Origin: an uncultured Planctomycetaceae bacterium | GTDB lineage: Bacteria; Planctomycetota; Phycisphaerae; SM23-33 | Direction: 5' to 3' | DNA: 62,053 bases | Assembly: GCA_964625865.1 (NCBI GenBank) | Contig: CAZVEV010000001.1 | Coordinates: 1 to 62,053 of the forward strand | Shown here: piece by piece, positions 8,286 to 18,100 of the stretch | Layout of the letters: every line of letters begins with the position of its first letter | Position numbering within the stretch: the stretch's first letter is position 1 | Program-made: the position numbers and the translations under genes | Notes under the pieces: generated by a model | The model's database searches: none | What the model was told of the DNA's origin: nothing | The model's input: the letters and a program-made list of their open reading frames with translations, nothing else

Positions 8286-11200
8286 CTACTGCGCCTTTCC
8301 CAGGCAGATCACCTTGCCGTCGATCGTCGTCATGACCAGTCGGCCGTTGGCGGCGGCCAGCCCGTCGTGGACCGGCACGCCGGGGAGTTTCAGTTCGGCC
8401 TGCTTCGCGCCGTCCGATCGCGAGACCGCCCACAGCAGGGCCCCCTCGGCGCCCTTGAGGGCCGCGGCCTGTCGGACAAGCCTGGCCTGCGTGGCGGGCT
8501 GGTCGAACGTCTTGAATGAGTCCGGCTCATCGATCAGGTCCGGCGGGCCGGCGATGAAGAGCGTCTCGGCGGCAACGGCCATCGCGCGGACCCGCAGGGG
8601 CACGTCCTTCTGCCACGCGAACGGGATTCTGAACTTCCCGGCGCGGGAGTGGGGATAGTCGCGATTGGCACGCATGTAGTCCGTTGGGGGCGCGGGCGGA
8701 ACCGATGCCCTGGTTACAGCAAACAGGTGGTACTTCCGCCCGGTGGCGCCGGCGTAGGACCTGGGCTTGTACCCGTAGCCGTAGATCGTCTTGTCGGTGA
8801 CGGTCAGCAGCCGTCCGGCGGGGTTCTCGTGTCCGGCGAAGTACCAGCCGATGTAGCCCGAATAGAAATGCTCGCCGTAGATCCAGTACGTGCGGTGCCA
8901 CCAGTCGCCGTTGAGGAAGCCGGCCGGGCTGTACAGGTGCGGGCGCGACTTGGCGGGCTTCAGCGTCGCCGCGTCAAACGCCAGGCGGCGCATGAACACC
9001 TGCTTACCATCGCCGGACAACACGTCGGGAAGGGCGCCGGGCATCTCGAACCGGATCGGCTCGGCCGGCTGATCGACGGCGTCGTCGCCACGGCTGTACA
9101 GGCTCTTACTCGAAAGCTCCCGGCCGGTTCTCAGGTCCAGGCGATGCAGCGTCATCCCGCCGTCCAGATACGACGACCGCCCGGCCGCGAAGGTTACCAC
9201 GCCATCGCGAATCAGCACGCTTCCGTGGACCGGATGCGCCGAGGCGACCTGGCCGAACGCGACGATCCGCCGGCTCGTCGGGGCCGCCCGGAATCGCCAG
9301 GCCAACTCCCCATCGGCCAGCCTGACGCAGTAGACCCACCCGTCGGCCGAACCGAACACCGCCACGCCCTGCGAGACCGACGGCGGAGAGTCCACTCGTC
9401 CGCCGGTGGTGAACGACCAGGCCTCCTTGCCCGACGCGGCGTTCAGTGCGTGGACCGTGTGCGTGTTGATCGACGCGACCAGCACCTTACCGTCCGCCAC
9501 CACCGGGGCCGACAGCCTCCCACCTACGCCAGTGGTCCACGCCCGGGTCAGGTTCGCGGGAACCGCCGTCTTCGTGAATCCGCTTCGGGCCGCATCATGA
9601 CGATACGTGGGCCAATCGCCATTTGAAATCTGAGATCGGGAATCTGAGATTTCAGATTTGGAGTCTGAGATTTGAGACTTGAGATTTGAAATGTCCTTGC
9701 CGAATGCAGGCCCTTTCTCCAGTCGAGGCCCCTTCTCGATGGGAGGAACTTTCAACCTTGAACCTTCAACCTTCAACCGCCGTCTGGGCGCCAGCGCCAG
9801 AAAGCCCGTCAGCTTGGCCTCGATGTAGCAGGCGCACGAGTGGGGCGGGACGTAGAGCAGGCCGTTGCACGGGAGCGTGCCGAACTGGCACGTGCCGCGG
9901 ACCCAGTGATGGCGAAGCCCCTGTCCGCTTGCCAGGTCGATGAACTCCACGCCCGTCCGACCGGCTACGATGTAACGCGAGGTGGCGCGGTTGCGGTGGC
10001 ATCGATGGTGGGGCATGGTGGTCTTGAAGGCCCTGTCCGGGCGGATGCGCTTGACGATCTTGCCCGTGTGCAGGTCGCGCCCCGTGGTGAAGTCCGGGCC
10101 CGTTCGCGAGCGGCTCTGCCCGTACCACACCACGCCGTCGACGACGAACACGTCGATCGGGGCGTGATAGGCCTCGGCGGCCCGACACCGCCACAGTTCC
10201 TTACCGGTCGCGGCTGCGTGGGCCACCAGGTCGCCCGGCCAGCCCTCTCTCGCCAGCCAGGTCGCTATCCGCTTGCCCGTGCTCTCGTCGAGGTTCGATG
10301 CGGGGGTAGCCTGTCGGTCGGTGCAGAGGACGACGTCGCCGTGGGCAACAACCGTGGGGGCGGACCAGCCGGGTCGCTTCAGCGCGACGGTGCGCCCGGC
10401 CCGCCACAGTTCGCGGCCGGTCCCGGCATCCAGGCCGACCAGCCCGCGAGTGTCCATGTAGAACACGCGCCCGCCTGCGACGGTCAGGGCGGACGGCAGG
10501 ATGCGGACGTTGGGCTTCTTCCAGAGCACGTCGCCCTTGGCGGCATCGACGGCTAGGACAGTCATGGGCCCGGGCCCTGCACGGCCGGACCGCTCGGTCG
10601 CCGACGCTGCCGGGCTCGCCACGAGATAGAGCACGCCGTTGGAGTGGAGGATCTCCTCCGTGCCCTCCGTGCCCTTGTAGGTCGCAACCGTCCGCCCAGT
10701 CGCGGTGTCGAGGGCCGTCACTGGCGCCTGCAGGCCAAGCGTGACGTAAACACGGTTCTTCGTTGCGACGAGTCGTCGGGCCAGGGCAGGGGGGCCCTGG
10801 CGGAACGGCTTGAGGTGCGGGTGCCAGACCGGAATCGACCGCCTCCACAGCACCACGCCATTAAACGCGTCTCGTGCGACCAGCGCCCACTTCGGCGGCA
10901 AGACGACCGATGCGGCCGGGGCCTCGTCGATGATTGTGAACAGTCGCCCGCCCGCGGACACCACCGCCGTAACGCTGGCCAGTCGCTCGTGGTGGCGGGC
11001 GTTTCGGGGGGCGGCGATCCACTGAACGTGGTGCGGAGGGCCCACCGCCGTATCGGCGGCGACGGCGTTGTTCGTGGCGTCGTACAGCGTGTGCGTCCAG
11101 TCGTCGATCTCGCCGGGGCGCGGCTTGGCGATCTTCGCCAGACCGTCGGCCTGCCGGATGCATGCCATTCCGCCGGGGGCCAGCACACGGAGCAACTCGC

Positions 11201-11561
11201 CCGGCGGGACCTTCGCCCCGCCGTCGATCACGACGAGGTTGACCAGGTTCTCCGCATACGGCAGGGCCGGCGCGGTGCTCCACCGGTCGATCGACACCGG
11301 GCCGTACAGGCCCAGCGAACGGACATGCTTGCGGGCGGCAGCAACGTTCAGGGCCTCCGTGTCCAGGCCGTGGACAAGAAACGCATCACTCGCTCGCAGC
11401 GCGGCGGTCAGCTTCCCATCACCGCAGCCGACGTGCACGACCAAGCCGCCGGTGACGCTCGCAGTCTTGAGAATATCGTTCGCCTCGGCCGCCGTGATCA
11501 TTGGCGCGGAGATCGCGATGATCGCCAATCCCGCCAGAACAGTGCACATCGTCCGCATCAT
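8286..11561 (-). CDS. paralog B: signal peptide + SAM-methyltransferase-like domain + double PQQ-like beta-propeller
   Basis: The ORF track begins at 11762 (GTG inside a palindromic repeat). I place the start at ATGATG 11556-11561, with GAGGAG 6 nt upstream, giving MMRTMCTVLAGLAIIAISAPMITA. Motifs VVHVGCGDGKLT..LVHGLD, DDWTHTLYDATNNAV and PHHRCH..RGTCQFGTLPCNGLLYVPPHSCACY are present. Confidence 0.85.
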   Translation of the reverse strand: MMRTMCTVLAGLAIIAISAPMITAAEANDILKTASVTGGLVVHVGCGDGKLTAALRASDAFLVHGLDTEALNVAAARKHVRSLGLYGPVSIDRWSTAPALPYAENLVNLVVIDGGAKVPPGELLRVLAPGGMACIRQADGLAKIAKPRPGEIDDWTHTLYDATNNAVAADTAVGPPHHVQWIAAPRNARHHERLASVTAVVSAGGRLFTIIDEAPAASVVLPPKWALVARDAFNGVVLWRRSIPVWHPHLKPFRQGPPALARRLVATKNRVYVTLGLQAPVTALDTATGRTVATYKGTEGTEEILHSNGVLYLVASPAASATERSGRAGPGPMTVLAVDAAKGDVLWKKPNVRILPSALTVAGGRVFYMDTRGLVGLDAGTGRELWRAGRTVALKRPGWSAPTVVAHGDVVLCTDRQATPASNLDESTGKRIATWLAREGWPGDLVAHAAATGKELWRCRAAEAYHAPIDVFVVDGVVWYGQSRSRTGPDFTTGRDLHTGKIVKRIRPDRAFKTTMPHHRCHRNRATSRYIVAGRTGVEFIDLASGQGLRHHWVRGTCQFGTLPCNGLLYVPPHSCACYIEAKLTGFLALAPRRRLKVEGSRLKVPPIEKGPRLEKGPAFGKDISNLKSQISDSKSEISDSRSQISNGDWPTYRHDAARSGFTKTAVPANLTRAWTTGVGGRLSAPVVADGKVLVASINTHTVHALNAASGKEAWSFTTGGRVDSPPSVSQGVAVFGSADGWVYCVRLADGELAWRFRAAPTSRRIVAFGQVASAHPVHGSVLIRDGVVTFAAGRSSYLDGGMTLHRLDLRTGRELSSKSLYSRGDDAVDQPAEPIRFEMPGALPDVLSGDGKQVFMRRLAFDAATLKPAKSRPHLYSPAGFLNGDWWHRTYWIYGEHFYSGYIGWYFAGHENPAGRLLTVTDKTIYGYGYKPRSYAGATGRKYHLFAVTRASVPPAPPTDYMRANRDYPHSRAGKFRIPFAWQKDVPLRVRAMAVAAETLFIAGPPDLIDEPDSFKTFDQPATQARLVRQAAALKGAEGALLWAVSRSDGAKQAELKLPGVPVHDGLAAANGRLVMTTIDGKVICLGKAQ
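9623..9692 (-). repeat. in-CDS heptanucleotide tandem repeat, paralog B (YTGAGAT-type, 10 units)
   Basis: ttgaaat ctgagat cgggaat ctgagat ttcagat ttggagt ctgagat ttgagac ttgagat ttgaaat. Encodes ISNLKSQISDSKSEISDSRSQISNG. Confidence 0.9.
9752..9779 (-). repeat. in-CDS heptanucleotide tandem repeat, paralog B (TCAACCT-type, 4 units)
   Basis: tcaacct tgaacct tcaacct tcaaccg. Encodes RLKVEGSRLKV. Confidence 0.9.
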
Positions 11562-11653
11562 GTTCGACTCCTCGCCGCTGTGTGTCATGAGTACAGGATA
11601 GCGTATCCGGACACGAAACGGCATCGTGCGGTTCACCTGCGGATCGCACAACG

Positions 11654-11682
11654 AATCCCGATGTATATCGGGATTCACTCTC
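11654..11682. repeat. repeat family 3, copy 1 (AATCCCGATGTAYATCGGGAYTCACTCT)
   Basis: Palindrome TCCCGATGTATATCGGGA plus a conserved TTCACTCT tail. Confidence 0.8.
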
Positions 11683-11695
11683 CAACCGCCCAGTC

Positions 11696-11769
11696 GTAGG
11701 GCGTGCAACTGGTTTGCACGCGGAACGAACAGGCAATCCGTTCCGCGTGCAACGAGTTGCACGCCCTAC
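11696..11769. repeat. palindromic repeat family 1, copy 1 (GTAGGGCGTGCAAC...GTTGCACGCCCTAC)
   Basis: 74-bp nested palindrome. Each arm itself contains GTGCAAC..GTTGCAC. Located between paralogs B and C. Confidence 0.9.
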
Positions 11770-11804
11770 AACTACCGGGTGCGACAGTCCGCGACGGGTG
11801 GCGT

Positions 11805-14800
11805 CTACTTCCTGCCGCTCATGCAGATCACCGTTCCGTCGGTCAGGGCGATGATCAGTCGTCCGCCGGCGACGGCCAGCCCGTCGAACACCGGCGGGGC
11901 GGGCAGCGTGTAGTTGGCCAGCGTCTTGCCGTCTCCTGCCGCTACGGCCCGCAGCACGGCGCCGCTCTTGCCCAGAAGGGCCGCTTCCTGCTTGAGGGCC
12001 TGCTGGGCGTTTGCGGCGGACTGCTTGCCGGCAGACGCCTCGTTCAGCACGTCCGGAGGGCCGGCGACGAAGAGCGTCTTGTCAGCCAGCGCCATCGCGC
12101 GGACCAGGATGGGCACGTCGGTTGACCAGGCGTAGTTCTTGGGGTTCGTCACAGGACCGGCCCCGCCGCGGGGGCGGCCTTTCTTCTTCTTGGCGCCCTT
12201 GGCCTTCGGCGCCGGCTTGGGCGGAAGACGCCCCGGCGCGGCGGCCTTCCACTGCTTGTTCGCGGCGAACAGGCGATACTCCAGCGGCACGGTCCACTTG
12301 TAGTACTGCGGCTCGCGGCCGAACACGTAGACCTTCTCGTCGCCGACGCAGATGATCTTGCCCGCCGGTGCGTGCTTGCCCGCGACGAAGTACCCGCACC
12401 ATCCGCTGGACCACGTGCTGCCGTACATCCAGTACGAGCGGTGGAACCACGTGTCGTCGAGGAAGCCGGTCGGGCAAAACAGGTGCGTCCGCTCAGCGAC
12501 CTGCCGCGACCCCTCCTGCGCGCCGCCGACCGTCGGCCCCATCGCCAGCCGCTTGCCTTTCAGGTCAAACGCCTGGCTCCGCATGTAGATCCGCTTGCCG
12601 TCGCAGCTCAACACGTCGGGTCGCCCGACGGCCATGTTCAGCCACTTGACCGTGTCCTGGATGTTCTTGCCCGTGTTGGGGTTGGTCTCGTTGAGGGCCG
12701 TCCGTGAGACGACGGCCCCGGTCCGGGCGTTCAGGCGGAACAGCGTCATCCCGCCGTCGACGAACGCCGACCGCCCCGCGACGAAGTGGGCCACGCCCTC
12801 GCGCACGAGCACGCTGCCGTGGACGGGCCAGAGCGATTCGACCTGCTCGTAGACGAGGATTCGCCGGTCGGCCGGCGCGGCCCGGAAACGCCAGATCAGC
12901 GTCCCGTCGTCGGCCCGCAGGCAGTACACGTACCCGTCGGCCGAGCCGAACAGCATGCGCCCCTCGAAGAAGGTCGGGGGCGAGTCGACCCGCCCGCCCG
13001 CCGTGAACCGCCACACCGGCTTGCCGTTTCGCGCGTCTATCGCATGGACCGTATGCGTGTCGATCTCCGCCACAAACACCTTGCCCGCCGCCGCCGTAAC
13101 CGTGCTGAGTTTCCCGCCGATGCTGGCTTTCCAGGTTGTTCGCAGCCGGCCGGGAACGGACGACGACGTCGCGCCACTACGCGAGTTGGAGCCCCGGTAT
13201 GTGGCCCAGTCGCCATCTGAAATCTGAGATCTGAGATTTGAGATATCCTTACCGTACGCGGGCCCCTTTTCGAGCGGCGGGACCTTCGACCTTCGACCTT
13301 CGACCTTCGACTTCGGCGCCAGCGCATTGAAACTGTGAAGATACGTTTCCGCGTAGCAGGCACACGGCGACGGGGGCGTGTAGAGCAGGCCGTTTGCGGG
13401 CATCAGGCCGTACAGGCACGGGCCGCGCGTCCAGTGGTTCAGGTCCCACGTCTTCTTGCGGAAATCAATGAACTCGGTTCCCGTGCGGGAGGTGATGATG
13501 TAGTTGCTCGTCGCCCGCCCGGAGTGGCAGCGGTGGTGGAACCAATAGCTCCTGTTGTCGGCTGGGAAGCTGTGGGCCTTGCGCCCGGTCTTCAGATCGA
13601 AGCCCACCACCCTGCCGTCGGCCCCGCCGTACGAACTCGTGGGGCACCAGACGATCCCGTCGATCACGAACAGGTCCTCGGGCGAACTGTATCCCGAGGG
13701 CGGATGCTTGCCCTGCCACAGCGTCTTGCTCGTCTGGGCTGACAGGGCCGTCAGCGTGTCCGGCTTGTTCGCGCCGCCGGTGGACTTGATCATGCCCGAG
13801 TATTCCCCGCTGGCCAGCAGGACCACGCCGTCGGAGACCACCAGCTTCGATGCGAAGAAGGACTTCTGCGCCTTGGGCGTCGGCAGTGTGTCGGCAGACG
13901 TCCAGAGCTTTTGGCCGGTCTTGCGGTCCAGGCAGATCACCCGCTGGGTGGCGAAGTTGAAGTAGTACACGCCGCTGCCGTCGACAGCCATCGTCAGCGC
14001 CGCCACCACGTCGGTCGCCTGCCACAACTTCCGTCCCGTTGCGGCGTTGATCGCGACGATTCGCCGCTTCTCGGCCGGGCGCTCCAGGCGCTTGCCGTCA
14101 CCGATGGACCCCGGGCCGATCAGCACGTACAGCACGCCGTCGGACAGGATGATCTCCTCGGCGCCCTTCGTACTCTCGTAGGTTCGCACCGTCTTGCCGC
14201 TGGCCGCGTCCATGCACGTAACCGGGCCCTGGAGGCTCAGCGTGGCGTAGACGCGTCCGCCGGCAGCGACCAGGCGCCGCGGGGCGTCGGCGGGGCCGTC
14301 CTTGAGGCCCTTGAAGGTGTTGTACCACCGCCCGATCTTCCGCGTCCAAAGCCGCTTGCCGTTAAACGCGTCGCGGGCGATCAACGCCCAGTGGGGGGGC
14401 AGGTGGATCGACGCGGTCGAGCCCTCGTCGAAGATGTAGAATATCCGTCCGCCCTCGGACACCATCGCGCTGATGCTCGACATCTTGTCGTGGTGGCGCG
14501 TCCACTTGGGCCCCGCCTGCCACTGAAGCCGGCGCGGCGGGCCGACTACCGTGTCAGCGGCCACCGCATTGTTGTCCGGGCCGTGCAGGTAGTGCGTCCA
14601 CTCGTCGATGTTGGCCGGGCGCGGCTTGACGGTCTTCGTCCCGCTGACGATCGCCACGCCGCCCGGGGCGAGCACGCGCATGATCTCCGCCCGCGCCACC
14701 TTGCCCGGCCGCTCGGCCACCACGAGGTTGACCGTGTTGTCGATGTACGGCAGGTGCGAACCGTCGAATGTGTCGACCGCGACCTTGCCGTACAGCCCGA

Positions 14801-15047
14801 GCGATCGGATGTGCTTCCGCGCGGCGGCAACGTTCTTCGCGTCGGCGTCCACGCCGTGAACGGTGTACGCGTCGCTCGCCCGCAGTGCCGCCGTCAGCCT
14901 GCCGTCGCCGCAGCCGACGTGGACCACCAGTCCGCCGGTGATGCCCGCGGTCTTGAGAATATCGTCCGTACTCGCCGCGTGTGCGTGTGGCGCGAGGGTC
15001 ACGACGATCGCCAATCCTGCGAGGACGGCGCTGAGTGTTCGTGTCAT
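11805..15047 (-). CDS. paralog C: signal peptide + SAM-methyltransferase-like domain + double PQQ-like beta-propeller
   Basis: 1080-aa ORF. MTRTLSAVLAGLAIVVTLAPHAHA signal. VVHVGCGDGRLT..VHGVD. DEWTHYLHGPDNNAV. HHRCH..RGPCLYGLMPANGLLYTPPSPCACY. AAGGAG SD before ATG 15047. Lys-rich tail segment KPAPKAKGAKKKKGRPRGG. Confidence 0.85.
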   Translation of the reverse strand: MTRTLSAVLAGLAIVVTLAPHAHAASTDDILKTAGITGGLVVHVGCGDGRLTAALRASDAYTVHGVDADAKNVAAARKHIRSLGLYGKVAVDTFDGSHLPYIDNTVNLVVAERPGKVARAEIMRVLAPGGVAIVSGTKTVKPRPANIDEWTHYLHGPDNNAVAADTVVGPPRRLQWQAGPKWTRHHDKMSSISAMVSEGGRIFYIFDEGSTASIHLPPHWALIARDAFNGKRLWTRKIGRWYNTFKGLKDGPADAPRRLVAAGGRVYATLSLQGPVTCMDAASGKTVRTYESTKGAEEIILSDGVLYVLIGPGSIGDGKRLERPAEKRRIVAINAATGRKLWQATDVVAALTMAVDGSGVYYFNFATQRVICLDRKTGQKLWTSADTLPTPKAQKSFFASKLVVSDGVVLLASGEYSGMIKSTGGANKPDTLTALSAQTSKTLWQGKHPPSGYSSPEDLFVIDGIVWCPTSSYGGADGRVVGFDLKTGRKAHSFPADNRSYWFHHRCHSGRATSNYIITSRTGTEFIDFRKKTWDLNHWTRGPCLYGLMPANGLLYTPPSPCACYAETYLHSFNALAPKSKVEGRRSKVPPLEKGPAYGKDISNLRSQISDGDWATYRGSNSRSGATSSSVPGRLRTTWKASIGGKLSTVTAAAGKVFVAEIDTHTVHAIDARNGKPVWRFTAGGRVDSPPTFFEGRMLFGSADGYVYCLRADDGTLIWRFRAAPADRRILVYEQVESLWPVHGSVLVREGVAHFVAGRSAFVDGGMTLFRLNARTGAVVSRTALNETNPNTGKNIQDTVKWLNMAVGRPDVLSCDGKRIYMRSQAFDLKGKRLAMGPTVGGAQEGSRQVAERTHLFCPTGFLDDTWFHRSYWMYGSTWSSGWCGYFVAGKHAPAGKIICVGDEKVYVFGREPQYYKWTVPLEYRLFAANKQWKAAAPGRLPPKPAPKAKGAKKKKGRPRGGAGPVTNPKNYAWSTDVPILVRAMALADKTLFVAGPPDVLNEASAGKQSAANAQQALKQEAALLGKSGAVLRAVAAGDGKTLANYTLPAPPVFDGLAVAGGRLIIALTDGTVICMSGRK
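13217..13244 (-). repeat. in-CDS heptanucleotide tandem repeat, paralog C (CTGAGAT-type, 4 units)
   Basis: ctgaaat ctgagat ctgagat ttgagat. Encodes ISNLRSQISDG. Confidence 0.9.
13281..13315 (-). repeat. in-CDS heptanucleotide tandem repeat, paralog C (GACCTTC, 4 perfect + 1 imperfect unit)
   Basis: gaccttc x4 then gacttcg. Encodes SKVEGRRSKV. Confidence 0.9.
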
Positions 15048-15136
15048 AATCGACTCCTTGTCAGTTCAGTTCGTCGTCGGATCGAACGACACGCGCGGAG
15101 CAAGCTCCGCCGCTTCACATGGATGGGACGACAAGT

Positions 15137-18100
15137 TCAACCGCCGCCAAGGCAGACGATCTTCCCGTCGGTCGTCGCGATGACCAGTCGCCCGGCGGTG
15201 GCGATCAGGCCGTCGAACACCGGCGGGGCGGGCAGCGCGAGTTCGGCGAGTTTCGTTCCGTCTTCGGTAGACACCGCCCAAAGTACCGCGCCGCGTTTGC
15301 CTTCCATCGCCTCGACCTGGGCGGCCAGCGCCTTTTGCGTCTCAGCGTCGTTCATCTTCCGGTAGGCCTGCTCTTCGTCCACCAGGTCGGCGGGGCCGGC
15401 AAGGAACAGCGTCTTGTCCGCCACGACCATCGCCCGGGCCATCAGCGGCAGGTCGACCGTCCAGTTGTGCTTGACCTTGAAGCCCTTTACCGCCGGGCTG
15501 CTCCCGCCCGTACCGCCAAAGAACCTCATCGCCTTGCCGACCTTCCCCGCCACCGCGCGAGCGCCCACGACCTTGCCGTGATTGCCCCTCCCCGACGCGT
15601 CGCTCGCCTTGCCGTCGTCGAACGAGCAGGCGAGGACCAGGTGCGCGTCCTTGCCGGCCGCCTTGCCTCCCGCCGCGGCTGCGATCTCAGCGGCGCCCAG
15701 GGCCCGACGATACACGCGGACCTCGTCGATCAGCCCGGTCAGCGGCAGCGTGCTGTTGTAGCCGCCGACGGACGACTCGTCGTCCATGCCGATCTCCATG
15801 CCTTCCTGCGGGTCGCCCGTGATCAGGCCCGGGGCCTTGCCCGACCCGGCCGGCTTGCCGTCGACATGGACCAGCACCTTGCCTTCGGCCGTGAGCACGC
15901 CTGCGACGTGCGTCCATTTCCCGACGACCTTCGCCTTGGCCGCCGCGGCGTGGATCTTGCCGTTCAGCCGTATCGCGAATCGCGCCCGCCCGCCCTGGAG
16001 GTACAGCACGTAACCCATACCCGTCCCGCCTCGGGCCAGGATCACGCCGTCCGGCTTGTCGCTCTTGACCCACGCGGCGACCGTCACCGGCTTGCCCGCC
16101 GTGTTGAGGGCCTTGCTCTTGGCGATCTGGATCAGCGACCGCTTGGGCGTGCGGGTCGGCTTGCGGGGCACTGACGAGGGGGCGGCATCCGGTGACTTTG
16201 CGGCCGCGAACAGGTGATGCTCGATCGGTGTGGTCCAGCGGTAGTACTTGGGCTTGCGTCCGAAGCCGTAGATCTGCTGGTCGTCGACGACGAGAATCCG
16301 CCCGGCCGGGGCGGCCGTGCCGCTGCGGTAATATCCCTGCCACCCGCTGACGAACATGCTGCCCCACATCCAGTACGTGCGATGCCACCACGTGTCGTCG
16401 AGGAAGCCTGTGGGGCTGAACAGGTGGGTATACTCCTTGGTCTGCGTCGGCGGCGGGGCGCCCTGGTCAGCGTCCTTTCCGCGGGGGAAGGGCTTGAGCG
16501 GCAATCGCTTGCCGTCGAATCCGAACGGCTGGGACCGCATGTAGACGAACTTCTCGTCGGCCGACAGCACGTCGGGCAGGCCCACGGGCATGTTCAGCCA
16601 ACTGACGTAGTCCTGCAGGCTCTTGCCCGCCTCGGTGTCCTTCTCGTCCAGGACGGTGCAGGACAGGACGGCCCCCGTGGCGGGCCTCAGCCGCCACAGG
16701 CGCAGGCCCGTGTCGAGGAACATCGAGCGCCCGGCGACGCAGTAGAGCACGTCGTCGCGGATCAGCACGCTGCCGTGGACGGGCCAGACGCTTTCGACCT
16801 GGCCGAACGAGACGGTTCGCTGGTCCATCGGCGCCGCGCGGAACCGCCACGCCAACTCGCCGTCGGCCACGCGCACGCTGTAGACCCATCCGTCGGCTGA
16901 GCCGAAGAAGGCGTGCCCGTTGTGGATGGTCGGCGGCGAGTCGACCCGCCCGCCGGCCCGGAACCGCCACCGCAGCTTGCCGGTCTCGGCGTCAACCGCA
17001 CAGACGGTGTGGTCGTCGATCGACGCGACGAAGACCATGCCCGCCGCCATCACCGGAGCTGACAGCTTCTTGCCCAAAACGCCCGTCGACCAGGCTGGCT
17101 TGAGCTGTGCGGGCACCTTCGTGGTCGACTTCCCCGTGCGGGCGTTGTCGTGACGATACGTCGGCCAGTCATTCGATTTACGATTGTAGATTTTAGATTT
17201 TAGATTGATCGTGCCATACGCGGGGCCCTTATCGAGGCGCGGGACCTTCGACCTTCGACCTTCGACCTTCGACGCCGGTGCGAGCGCATTAAAGCCGGAG
17301 AGCTTGGCTTCGAGGTAGCAGGCGCAGGGGTGCTGCGGGGCGTAGAGCAGGCCGTTGGCCGGGAGCACGCCGTATCCGCACGCGCCGCGGACCCAGTGGT
17401 TCACGTCCCAGGTCTTGTTGCGGACGTCGATGAACTCCGTGCCCGTGCGGGCCATCAGGAGGTACCGGTCGGTGGCCTTGCCGCGATAGCAGCGGTGGTG
17501 GAACCAGTAGATCTCGACGTCGGGTGGGAACTGGCGCACGACCTTGCCTGTCCGCGGGTCGCGCCCGGTAAACACGCCGACGGCCCGCCCGCTGGTGGTC
17601 TCGCCCGTCCAGACCAGTCCGTCGACGACCAGCAGGTCCTCCGACGAGCGGTAGCCCGACGGCGGGTGATACGCCGACCAGAGCACCTTGCCCGTCTTGC
17701 CCGACAGCGCCGTCATCGTGTCTTTGCCCTTGGTGTACCACGAGCCGGTCTGCATGCCCGCCGTCTCGCCGCCGGAGAACAGGACCACGTCCTCGTAGAG
17801 GACCAGGATGGGCCCGTAGAAGGCCTTGATCTCCTTGGCCCGCGCGATCGGGTCCGATCGCCAGGCCTGCTTGCCCGTCTTGCGGTCGAGGCTGACAACG
17901 CACTGCCCGTCGTGGAGCACCACGCGCCCGGAGTCGGCGGCCAGCGTCATCGGGAGGACCTTGGTCTTGACCGACCAGAGGGTCTTGCCTGTGTCCGCCT
18001 TGACCGCGACGATCTGCCTCTCGGCCTCGTCCCAGAACTTCGAACCGTATCCGCCGCGCGGCGGGGTGTACTCGGCGGTGTTGACCAGCGCGAAGAGGAC

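Noticed and set aside
9623-9779. Possibility that the short tandem repeats, here and in the other paralogs, are a CRISPR array or a non-coding satellite.
   Set aside because: The units are only 7 bp, contiguous and without spacers. They lie in frame inside long ORFs, and no cas genes are present.
11562-11762. N-terminal extension MQLVARGTDCLFVPRANQLHALRLGGW... of paralog B. Analogous MQLVARG starts occur at 54784-55185 and 61948-62052.
   Set aside because: The extensions start at a GTG inside palindromic repeat family 1 and translate repeat DNA. Proper signal peptides with SD sequences begin downstream.
11696-11769. Family 1 palindromes as integron attC sites (GTGCAAC / GTTGCAC resemble RYYYAAC / GTTRRRY cores).
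   Set aside because: Each core has a mismatch to the consensus. The copies do not bracket promoterless cassettes in an array, and no intI integrase or attI is present.
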